From: Candidatus Poribacteria bacterium
GTDB lineage: Bacteria; Poribacteria; WGA-4E; JAJDTR01
Assembly: GCA_965222225.1 (NCBI GenBank)
Contig: CBDCTK010000002.1
Coordinates: 992,001-1,056,000 of the forward strand
Length of the DNA stretch: 64,000 nucleotides
Reading direction: 5' to 3'
In this document: piece after piece, positions 1 to 8,735 of the stretch
Layout of the letters: each line of letters opens with the position of its first letter
How positions within the stretch are numbered: position 1 is the stretch's first letter
The notes under the pieces: model-generated
Told to the model about the DNA's origin: nothing
The model's database searches: none
Seen by the model: the letters and a program-made list of their open reading frames with translations, nothing else
Program-made: the position numbers and the translations under genes

Positions 1-861
1 TCAACACCGATGTCAGCGCGATGCACGTAATGACGACAATCAGCATTACCATGGTGGCGCTGGTCGCCGGAACATCAAACAGATAGTTCAGGCCGATGGT
101 AATCTGTTGTACCCCCAAGCCGAGCGAGGTCGCAAGCCCAAACAACCCTGCGAATATGGCGAACGTATCAATGATATGGCCAGGCCATCCCCAGACGCGG
201 TCTCCGATCAATGGATAGAACGCTGAGCGGATAGTGAGAGGTAGTTTCTTATTGTAGGCGAAAAACCCTAAAGCAAGTCCGCCATGCCGTAAATTGCCCA
301 GCCGTGTAGACCCCAGTGGAAGATCGCAGCCGATATACCGACGGTGGCAGCTTCCTCCGTTCCGGCGGTAACCCCGAGCGGAGGGTTCTGCAAGTAATAC
401 ATCGGTTCCGCCACACCGAAAAACAGTAGACCAATACCCACACCTGCCGAAAAGAGCATGGCAAACCAGGTTAAATTGGAGTACTCGGGTTTTGAATCCG
501 CGCCCCCCAGGCGCACCTTGCCGAGCGGTGAGAACACCAAGTACAGAAAAAAGAGTAAGATTAGGTTGGCAGCGATCATGAAAAACCAATTAAGATTCGT
601 TGTGAGCCAAGTGTAAGTGTCTCCGAAAACTTTCGTCGCACCTTCTTGAAAGACGAGTGCCCCAACGACAAATAGGGCGATGCCTATGCTGGACATCACG
701 AACACCGGAGTTAGATAGATATCTAAACCGAATAACTTCCGGTACGTCGTGTCATCTGGCAGATATGGTTGATTTTCTTCTTCGCGCACTTTAAAAATTT
801 TCCTTTGGCGATTAGTAGTTTGCCGCTTTCTTAGATTTTCCCTTGGCTTTTCCTTCTTCAA
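1..861 (-). pseudogene. BCCT-family (betaine/choline/carnitine) transporter, frameshifted near 281, runs off the window start
   Basis: ORF 268..861 has BCCT motifs ([32 protein letters not shown]). The BCCT sequence continues in another frame after ~281 ([56 protein letters not shown]). Confidence 0.85.
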
Positions 862-901
862 ATGCGATCGCTCTCAGAATACTACACAGAGGAGAAGGGA
901 A

Positions 902-1012
902 ATGCTTAGAAATTGGGCTTTTGCACTGTTTGTTTTATTAGCCATGTTATCATGCGGAGAACCAGATTATCAAGAAGATTGGCTGGGTGAATGGTACGAA
1001 GAAACTAAGTGA
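902..1012 (+). CDS. 36-aa lipoprotein-like micro-ORF, possibly a truncated remnant
   Basis: Purine-rich SD (GAGGAGAAGGGA) precedes MLRNWAFALFVLLAMLSCGEPDYQEDWLGEWYEETK*, which has a hydrophobic signal and an LSC lipobox. Confidence 0.4.
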   Translation: MLRNWAFALFVLLAMLSCGEPDYQEDWLGEWYEETK

Positions 1013-1329
1013 GGCAATCACGAAGATTTGCATACACCCCAAGATTAGATGCGATCGCACTGCATGATAAACCCCTTGCAATAGATATGACAGAGTGATA
1101 CAATGACCTTGAAGGCATTGCGATTGTTGAACCGGTGGCAAGATAAACGAATCCCCGGCTGCCGTGGAGTTTGATTCATCTCCGATAGCCAAAGAAATAA
1201 CCGATTCACGAATAATCTGCCCACACTCCGGTTCTGCGGCTTCAGATATACGAACGGGACACTACGACTCTGTACAGCAACAGTTTGAGCATTAACACTT
1301 GACGCGGCCTCTTCACAAAGGAGTAATCG

Positions 1330-2232
1330 ATGGTATCAACAACAGATTGGGTAGCGCTAGAACCCGATATAGAGACGGTGTTCGCGCATGAAGAAGATCC
1401 GCTCCAAGCACTTGCTGTTGCCCGCATCCCCGGGGTTGTTCTGCGCGGCGCGTATAACCCGGATCATTGCACGGGATTAATCCGGAGATTTATTGAACGA
1501 GGGATGATGCGAGATCCGGAAAACCCGGATCCAGCCTTGGAAGAAAAATTCCAATTTAAGGGAGGGCCTGGCTCCAATTCTCGAATTGACATCGGTACGG
1601 GCATCGTAAATCGCACACGCGGTGGGCAGCGGATATCGGATAATGACGCTGAAAACAAGGAAGCTTTTCTGCAACACTCTGCCGCCACGCATGAGCTATT
1701 CAGCCATCTATTTGATGGGTTTGACAACCCGGTAGACACCCTCTACGATTCCCTATCCAGTTTGGCGGTTGACAAAGAGGTTAAAGTGGCTCGTGAGCCA
1801 GATGGACGTCTCTATGGTCCCGCAGTCTTCCGGATTCACTACACTGGCCACGGTTACGCTCCACACATCAACCATGTGAGTATCGTAGACAAGCTTTTCA
1901 ACTTCGATATTTCCCGTTTCCGCCATCAGTTTGCGGGCTTAATCTGTATACAGAACGCCACTGATGATGATAGATGTCCCCACGCAGCTATTGACCAATG
2001 TGTTTGGAGCCCTGAAGTGCAAGAGCACTTGTCTAACGGCACCTATTTCCAATACATGACGGAAAATAGAATTCCTCGGTGTCAGATTGAGGTGAATCCT
2101 GGAGATTTCTATCTTTTCAACAGTGGCTGTATTCACCAAGTGGTACCCGTAGAGGGCAAGACGCCCAGAACTGTCCTAGCGACTTTTATAGGCTACTCTG
2201 AGGATGACGACGAAATCTTCGTCTGGGCGTAA
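1330..2232 (+). CDS. 2OG-Fe(II) oxygenase / PhyH-like protein with atypical HxN motif
   Basis: Double-stranded beta-helix C-terminus (PGDFYLFNSGCIHQV...PRTVL), first ligand motif PHINH, SD AAGGAG upstream. Confidence 0.65.
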   Translation: MVSTTDWVALEPDIETVFAHEEDPLQALAVARIPGVVLRGAYNPDHCTGLIRRFIERGMMRDPENPDPALEEKFQFKGGPGSNSRIDIGTGIVNRTRGGQRISDNDAENKEAFLQHSAATHELFSHLFDGFDNPVDTLYDSLSSLAVDKEVKVAREPDGRLYGPAVFRIHYTGHGYAPHINHVSIVDKLFNFDISRFRHQFAGLICIQNATDDDRCPHAAIDQCVWSPEVQEHLSNGTYFQYMTENRIPRCQIEVNPGDFYLFNSGCIHQVVPVEGKTPRTVLATFIGYSEDDDEIFVWA

Positions 2233-2369
2233 TCCTCTTGTCAGCGTTCAGAAGACGAAAGGGAAGAGAACTGAACTGAGTTCGCTTCTCCCGTTCCTTT
2301 CCCTCCTTCCCGTCCAAAGTCTATGCTAGATGCTTATCACTTCTCCAAACGCCACGGCACTATACTTTA

Positions 2370-2637
2370 AAACCTGTTTGAACATCCATCTTCTCTTATG
2401 AAAATAGCATTAATGCGAAGTTTGAATTTGTCTTGGGTAACACCTAAGTTTTCATGCCTCCTTGCCTATGACTTTACTGTCCACACTGCGCAGAAGCCAG
2501 TCATAGCAAGGGTTCTCACCCTTTTTTTGTGTCTACTGAAAACCCCAAGTTGGTATGAAAAGTATGAAAAGTATGAAATTTTCCAAGATTGACAAACGAC
2601 GTTCTCCAAGTCGCACCCAGGGTATTCAAACAGGTTC
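2370..2637. mobile_element. MITE, probably derived from an IS5-family element
   Basis: Terminal inverted repeats AAACCTGTTTGAACATCC and GGGTATTCAAACAGGTTC (15/18 match), TTA on both flanks (2367-2369, 2638-2640), no transposase inside. Confidence 0.7.
2553..2578. repeat. Tandem 9-mer GTATGAAAA, about 3 copies, inside the MITE
   Basis: GTATGAAAA GTATGAAAA GTATGAAA read directly. Confidence 0.9.
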
Positions 2638-2921
2638 TTAAGAAATCGTACGCTGTTCCGACTTCCTTTTTGCCGGGAATGTGACTTTCCTGAAGATACC
2701 GTAATGGTCAGGCAGATGTGAGACATTCATAAGCTTTTTCCCGCAAGAGGGGAAATCTGCGATTTAATTATTGCAGATCGGCTTGGATTGCCAAATCCAA
2801 GCCTTGACCGATGAGATTGTCAATCCGCGGGAGTTGTATGGCGCGTAAACCATCTCGATGACTAATACATTTTCTTGAAGATACCTAAATTCCCGTCGAT
2901 CGTTAACCAAGAGGTGGCAAT

Positions 2922-4328
2922 TTGAGCAATGCAGACAGAACGAACGTTCTCTTTATTCTGAGTGACGACCAGGGGCCTTGGGCAGCGGGTTGCTACGGCA
3001 ATTCTGAAATACGCACTCCCAACATTGACCGCTTAGCTGAAACGGGGGTTAGGTTCACTAATTTTTTCGTTGCTTCTCCGGTCTGCTCGGCGAGTCGTGC
3101 CACGTTGTTGACAGGGCGTATTCCATCCCAGCACGGCGTCCACGATTGGATTCGGGATGGAAATGTCGGCCCTGACGCTACCCGCTACCTGGAGGGTGAG
3201 GTAGGGTATACAGACATCATGGCACGGCATGGTTGGACTTGTGGATTGTCCGGCAAGTGGCATTTGGGCGACAGCCAGATACCGCAACACGGCTTCACTG
3301 ATTGGTATGCCCATCAGTTGGGTGGCGGGCACTACCACAATGCGCCCATGGTAAAAAATGGTCAACTCCTGAACGAGCCGAGATACCTAACGGATGCTAT
3401 CACCGACGAAGGACTTGAGATACTGGACAGATACGCTGACCGTGGCCATCCGTTCTATTTGAGTGTCCATTACACTGCCCCCCACGATCCGTGGGTCAAT
3501 GAACACCCCCAATCTATTGTAGATTCCTATGACGATTGTCTATTCGAGACCTGTCCACAGGAGCCGCGCCATCCATGGGCTGGGATAGGTAGTCATATCT
3601 TCACGGACGACGCGCTGGGCAACCGAGAGGCACTGAAGGGTTACTTTGCTGCGGTGACAGCGATGGACCAAAACATCGGTCGTATCCTTGACAGACTAGA
3701 ACAGCTCGGTTTGCGCGATAATACGCTCGTTGTGCTCCTAAGCGATAACGGCTTTTCGTGCGGACATCACGGGTTTTGGGGAAAAGGGAACGGGACGATG
3801 CCGCGTAACATGTATGAGAACTCAATTAAAGTTCCCGCCATCTTCAGCCAGCCCGGACGTATCCCCCAAGGATATGTTCACGATTCAATGATTAGCTCCT
3901 ACGACTTCATGCCTACACTCCTGGACTATCTAGACTTGCCCGTACCGGTAGGACGCAACCTGCCCGGGAATAGCTTTTTGGCCGCGCTAGAAGGCAGGGC
4001 GTTCGATGGCCCCGAACAGGTGGTGGTCTACGACGAATACGGACCTGTACGCATGGTTCGGACTCCAGAGTGGAAATACACTTACCGGCATTCCCATGGT
4101 CCCCACGAGCTTTATCATCTTGTGACCGACCTTGATGAGCAAGATAATCTGGCAGAAGACGAGGCGCAAATCGACCGGATCGAGGAACTAGGCGGAATGT
4201 TGGACGACTGGTTTGCCCGGTATGTTGACCCGAGCCGGGATGGTCTGACCCAAGATGGGATGTCGCGGGGTCAAAGAGAGTACCTGCCTTATACACGTCC
4301 CGCTGGATTTACGATGTCGTCTGGATAG
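2922..4328 (+). CDS. Cys-type (formylglycine-dependent) sulfatase
   Basis: NVLFILSDDQ, SPVCSASRATLLTGR (CxAxR variant), GKWHLG, SDNG motifs. Confidence 0.92.
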   Translation: MSNADRTNVLFILSDDQGPWAAGCYGNSEIRTPNIDRLAETGVRFTNFFVASPVCSASRATLLTGRIPSQHGVHDWIRDGNVGPDATRYLEGEVGYTDIMARHGWTCGLSGKWHLGDSQIPQHGFTDWYAHQLGGGHYHNAPMVKNGQLLNEPRYLTDAITDEGLEILDRYADRGHPFYLSVHYTAPHDPWVNEHPQSIVDSYDDCLFETCPQEPRHPWAGIGSHIFTDDALGNREALKGYFAAVTAMDQNIGRILDRLEQLGLRDNTLVVLLSDNGFSCGHHGFWGKGNGTMPRNMYENSIKVPAIFSQPGRIPQGYVHDSMISSYDFMPTLLDYLDLPVPVGRNLPGNSFLAALEGRAFDGPEQVVVYDEYGPVRMVRTPEWKYTYRHSHGPHELYHLVTDLDEQDNLAEDEAQIDRIEELGGMLDDWFARYVDPSRDGLTQDGMSRGQREYLPYTRPAGFTMSSG

Positions 4329-4360
4329 AAAGCAGCAACTACTACCGCAGGGAAAGGGCA

Positions 4361-5161
4361 ATGGGAGAACGCTTAAAAGATAAGGTTGCAATCGTCACCG
4401 GTGCCGGGTCGATTGGTCCGGGTTGGGGGAATGGAAAAGCTACCGCTGTGCTCTTTGCGCGCGAAGGCGCCAAAGTTTTCGCTGTCGATATCAATCCAGC
4501 TGCGGCTGAAGAAACAAAGGCAATCATTAATGCGGAAGGTGGCAGATGTGCCATCAGCGCAACGGACGTCTCCAAGGCTTCCGATGTCAAGGCTATGGTG
4601 GAAATTTGCCTTGAAACTTACGGTCGCATAGACATTCTCCACAACAACGTCGGGATTGTTGAGGTCGGGGGGTGTGTTGAGGCAAGCGAGGAAAGTTGGA
4701 AACACGTCAATGATGTCAATCTCAAAAGCGTGTTCCTAACCTGTAAATTTGTGCTGCCGCATATGGAGACGCAGGGCGGAGGCACAATTGTTAACATCTC
4801 GTCCATTGCCTCCATACGTTGGCTGGGAGTACCCTATGTTTCTTACAGTGCAACCAAGGGAGGTATAAACCAGATAACCAAGAGCATTGCCATACAGTAC
4901 GCGAAGAAGAACATCCGCGCCAACGCCATTCTCCCCGGTTTCATGAACACGCCGATGGTGGCAGAAGGGCTTGCGGATGCGTATGCCGATGGCGATGTCG
5001 AAAAGATGATTGAGATTCGCGACAACCTTTGCCCTACCGGTAAAATGGGCGATGCCTGGGACGTGGCGTATGCCGCACTGTTTCTGGCGTCTGATGAATC
5101 GAAATATATCACGGGTACAGAGCTCGTTGTTGACGGCGGATTGACTTGCAAATGTGTCTAG
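4361..5161 (+). CDS. SDR-family oxidoreductase (FabG-like)
   Basis: KVAIVTGAG...G.G, NNVGI, YSATK catalytic motif, ITGTELVVDGG. Confidence 0.92.
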   Translation: MGERLKDKVAIVTGAGSIGPGWGNGKATAVLFAREGAKVFAVDINPAAAEETKAIINAEGGRCAISATDVSKASDVKAMVEICLETYGRIDILHNNVGIVEVGGCVEASEESWKHVNDVNLKSVFLTCKFVLPHMETQGGGTIVNISSIASIRWLGVPYVSYSATKGGINQITKSIAIQYAKKNIRANAILPGFMNTPMVAEGLADAYADGDVEKMIEIRDNLCPTGKMGDAWDVAYAALFLASDESKYITGTELVVDGGLTCKCV

Positions 5162-5298
5162 GTTGAACTGAGTCCAGATATAATAGCCGGAATCACTGAT
5201 GTGGACTAATTTTGAAAATGTACGGAATAACAATCGTTCTTTGCTTCCTACAAAAGTCCAAAATAAGACTGTTCGAGCAAAAGGGTGAGACTATCTTT

Positions 5299-6054
5299 AT
5301 GAAAAAAGTCCTAATCACGGGAATGAGTGGCTTGGTGGGTGGCGTACTACGCGATCATCTGCAGAGCCGTTTTAAGTTGAGCGCGCTGAATCGCCGTAAT
5401 GTACCGGGTGTGCCATGCCATACCGCCAACATCGGTGATTTAGACGCAATTCAGCCTGCATTCGAAGGCATTGACGCGGTGGTTCACATGGCTGCATTTG
5501 CGAGGTCGGGTGAAACTTGGGATGCGATTCTCAATGACAACATCATCGGTACGTACAATGTTTTTGAAGCCTCGCTTCGCGCAGGCGTCAAGCGAATCGT
5601 GTTCGCCAGTAGCGGGATGGTAGTTGCAGGCTGGGAAAGCGTGATGCCGTTCAAAGCGTTAGCCGAAGGTCGCTACGAAGAAGCGCCGGAAACGTGGGAG
5701 AAGTTGACGCACCAGTCTCCCGTTTGGCCCAGAGACTTGTACGGTTGCAGTAAAGTCTTTGGCGAAGCGCTAGGACGCCACTACGCGGATACAACCAACC
5801 TTTCCATCCTCTGTCTGCGGATGGGAAATGTGGTTCAGGAAGACAGGCCGTCTAAGCCCCGCCAATATGCAATCTACTGTAGCAAAGTTGACATTGCCCG
5901 AATTGTCGAGTGTTGTCTTGATGCGCCTGCCAATCTCAAGTATGACATCTTCTACGCTCTGTCGAACAACCGTTGGGGTTACCGCGATCTTGAGCACGCT
6001 CGTGAAGTCATCGGCTACGTACCCGCGAGCGCCGCAGAAGACTATCGAGAATAG
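5299..6054 (+). CDS. NAD-dependent epimerase/dehydratase (uronate dehydrogenase-like extended SDR)
   Basis: MKKVLITGMSGLVG, NIIGTYNVFEA, YGCSK; start moved to ATG 5299. Confidence 0.85.
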   Translation: MKKVLITGMSGLVGGVLRDHLQSRFKLSALNRRNVPGVPCHTANIGDLDAIQPAFEGIDAVVHMAAFARSGETWDAILNDNIIGTYNVFEASLRAGVKRIVFASSGMVVAGWESVMPFKALAEGRYEEAPETWEKLTHQSPVWPRDLYGCSKVFGEALGRHYADTTNLSILCLRMGNVVQEDRPSKPRQYAIYCSKVDIARIVECCLDAPANLKYDIFYALSNNRWGYRDLEHAREVIGYVPASAAEDYRE

Positions 6055-6125
6055 CGGTAATAAGGTTGTGGAAGCCTTCAAGACGGTGACTCATTGTAGT
6101 GCCTTCTGTTCCAAACGAACAACGT

Positions 6126-6419
6126 ATGAATCAACCTCCTAAATCCTTTGTGCTTGTACGAGTAAGACGATTTCTTTCGTTTGCGACCGCATGTTTCGAG
6201 AAGGTAGGACTGGAACGGGAGCACGCAGTCGCTGGCGATCCGCTTGCTGGTCAACAACGATCTGCGCGGCGAGGGTATGACCGCACATTACTTCCCGGTG
6301 CCGTTGAGGAAGAATTGTTTGAATTGCACCGACGCGAGGGCATTCGGTATGGAGAACCGGAGCAAGCCGACTTGAGGCGAGTTAGCAATCGCTTGGGAAT
6401 TCCGCTGCCGTGGGAGTAA
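6126..6419 (+). pseudogene. Ldh_2 (malate/L-lactate dehydrogenase-like) remnant with a large internal deletion
   Basis: N-terminus FATACFEKVGLEREHA, then RLLVNNDLRG in a shifted frame, joined directly to a C-terminal LLPGAVEEELFELHRREGI...RLGIPLPWE. Confidence 0.65.
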
Positions 6420-6494
6420 CTCAGTGACGGTAGCTAGCAGCCAGAAATCTGTTGAAAATTGATTCTTTCTAGACACTATTCACAGGAGACTGTT

Positions 6495-7784
6495 ATGAAG
6501 ATTATTCTGTTCGGATTGTTCGTTTTCTCTTACATTGCTTCGTCGACATTTGCGGATGATTGGCCTCAGTGGCGCGGAATCAACCGAGATGGGGTATGGA
6601 ACGAAACCGGCATCATTGACAAATTCAATGCGCCCGAAGTGAACATTCGATGGCGTGTACCCGTGTCAAGTGGCTACAGTGGTCCAACGGTCGCAGACGG
6701 GCGTGTATTCGTGACCGATCGCGTCGCAGCCCCCAAGCAGATTGAGCGAGTACACTGCTTCAACGCGGAATCCGGCGACAAGATTTGGTCTATTTCCTAC
6801 GACTGTGAATACAGAAATGTCGGTTATGTGGCTGGACCACGGGCTTCCGTCACCGTGCACGACGGACTTGCCTATGCGCTCGGAACGATGGGGCATCTTT
6901 ACTGCTTAAACGCCGCCAACGGCGATCTGCGCTGGAAAAGGAACCTTAACACCGAATACAACATACAGATGCCTGTTTGGGGCATCGCTAGCGCGCCCCT
7001 CATTGAAAACGACCTTCTGATTGTCCAGGTCGGTGGGTCGCCTGGCGCGTGCATCGTTGCGTTTGATCGCAAAACCGGAGAAGAAAGGTGGAAAGCTTTG
7101 GATGATCGCGCTTCTTATGCTGCGCCCATCGTGATTGATCAGGCAGGTAAACGTGTGCTCGTTTGCTGGACAGGCGATAATGTGGTTGGTCTTAACCCAC
7201 AAAGTGGTGAGTTATACTGGCTACACCCGTTTCCGCCGAAAGGCGTAATCCTCGCCGTCGCAACCCCGGTGCTTTACAAAGACCGGATGTTCATGGCTGG
7301 TTTCTTTGAGGGTTCGCTGATGCTCAAAGTCGACTCTGAGCGTTTAGCGATTGAAGAAATGTGGTGGCGGAGGGGAGCTGACGAAAAAAATACTGATGGC
7401 ATTCATCCTATCATTTCGACCCCAATTATTCTGGATGATTATATTTATGGGGTTGACAGCTATGGCGAGTTGCGTTGTTTGGATGCTCGTACTGGCGACC
7501 GAATTTGGGAAGATCTCTCAGCGGTTCCAAAGGCGCGCTGGAGCACAATTCACTTCATCAAGAACGCGGAGCGAGTTTGGATGTTCAACGAACGTGGAGA
7601 GTTGCTTATCACGAGTTTGTCACCAGACGGGTTAAACATCATCAGTCGAGCGCAACTGATTGAACCTACTCGTGACCAACTGAACCAGCGTGGGGGAGTA
7701 TGTTGGACACACCCGGCATTCGCCGCCAAGCATGTATTTGTGCGGAATGATAAAGAACTGATTTGCGCCAGTTTGGCACAGTAA
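6495..7784 (+). CDS. Secreted PQQ-like / BamB-like beta-propeller protein
   Basis: Signal peptide, DWPQWRG, repeated CLNAANGDLRW / AFDRKTGEERW blades, SD AGGAG before ATG 6495. Confidence 0.88.
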   Translation: MKIILFGLFVFSYIASSTFADDWPQWRGINRDGVWNETGIIDKFNAPEVNIRWRVPVSSGYSGPTVADGRVFVTDRVAAPKQIERVHCFNAESGDKIWSISYDCEYRNVGYVAGPRASVTVHDGLAYALGTMGHLYCLNAANGDLRWKRNLNTEYNIQMPVWGIASAPLIENDLLIVQVGGSPGACIVAFDRKTGEERWKALDDRASYAAPIVIDQAGKRVLVCWTGDNVVGLNPQSGELYWLHPFPPKGVILAVATPVLYKDRMFMAGFFEGSLMLKVDSERLAIEEMWWRRGADEKNTDGIHPIISTPIILDDYIYGVDSYGELRCLDARTGDRIWEDLSAVPKARWSTIHFIKNAERVWMFNERGELLITSLSPDGLNIISRAQLIEPTRDQLNQRGGVCWTHPAFAAKHVFVRNDKELICASLAQ

Positions 7785-8097
7785 TTCAGGTCATGATAGG
7801 CGTTACGACCTTAGATCAATTAGCAATTCCCGGCTTGGTTACTGTTTTTTTGAGGCGGACGGTTGTTAGTATGCATTGGCAGTATGGATGAGATTTGCGT
7901 TAATTTCAATTGAAAATGGAGAACTAGACTTGTAATTTTCGTTTTTCCTATAGAGGATTTTGCGGGAATTCGGGCTATGCGGGAATTTCGCGCCGTCAAT
8001 CACTGAAAACCACTGGCTGAGTCAGTTTATCTTCTACTTAAAATAGCATCTACCAAGAACCATCATCGTCGTTATTGTAGCCGCTCCCTCGTCCGCC

Positions 8098-8343
8098 CTA
8101 CCGACGGGGTCGAGCTTCGTCTACTCTCAACGCTCTCCCCATAAATTCTTGCCCGTCCAGCCCAGAAATTGCAGCTTGGGCCTCTGAAGCGTCGGGCATT
8201 TCGACGAACCCAAAACCCCTAGATCTACCACTGTAACTGTCCATGATAATTTTCGCGGATTCGACCCGACCATGCTGTTCAAAAACTTCACGCAAGTCTT
8301 CGTCCGTCGCATCAAATGATAAATTGCCGACGTAAATATTCAT
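8098..8343 (-). CDS. RRM (RNP-1) RNA-binding protein
   Basis: RNP2 IYVGNL, RNP1 RGFGFVEM, LRVDEARPR, SD GAGGAG. Confidence 0.95.
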   Translation of the reverse strand: MNIYVGNLSFDATDEDLREVFEQHGRVESAKIIMDSYSGRSRGFGFVEMPDASEAQAAISGLDGQEFMGRALRVDEARPRR

Positions 8344-8623
8344 GGAAGTCTCCTCTTGTAGTCACCTCTGTGTGAAAAAACTGGTCGGTTTCTATTCCCG
8401 TGTGATTGTTAAATGCTTGCAACGCTATGCTGCTCAAGGTCCTAGACCGTGCGTCTTGACCTGTGATGGCCTCCGTTGAATCGAGTATCAGGTTTAACCT
8501 CAAACTGCATCTTAGCATCGTGCAAAACTAGTCGTGTTCGGTTAGATAGACACATCTCATGAACAAACAAAGTGCTCGTAATTGTATTGCGTGCAGGGCT
8601 TTGCACCTCATGCTATAAGTCTG

Positions 8624-8652
8624 ATTATAGGCACCCCTTAAACTGATGTCAA
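8624..8652 (-). promoter_or_regulatory. Consensus sigma70 promoter for the RRM gene
   Basis: TTGACA-17 nt-TATAAT on the minus strand. Confidence 0.8.
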
Positions 8653-8677
8653 CGGGAATCGCTGTAATCTTTTGCAT

Positions 8678-8707
8678 TTGACTTTGATTCAGTAAAGCCG
8701 GTATGAT
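8678..8707 (+). promoter_or_regulatory. Probable sigma70 promoter for kdsC-kdsA
   Basis: TTGACT-18 nt-TATGAT, divergent from the RRM promoter. Confidence 0.55.
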
Positions 8708-8735
8708 GCGACGCAAAAAGGAAAATTGCCTTATC

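Noticed and set aside
7961-7987. Direct repeat TGCGGGAATT x2
   Set aside because: Two copies with a 7-nt spacer between convergent genes; not CRISPR-like and no supportable function.
8098-8100. Pyrrolysine or amber recoding at the RRM TAG
   Set aside because: No pyl genes in the window and TAG ends many normal genes here (rpsL, rplR, trpS).
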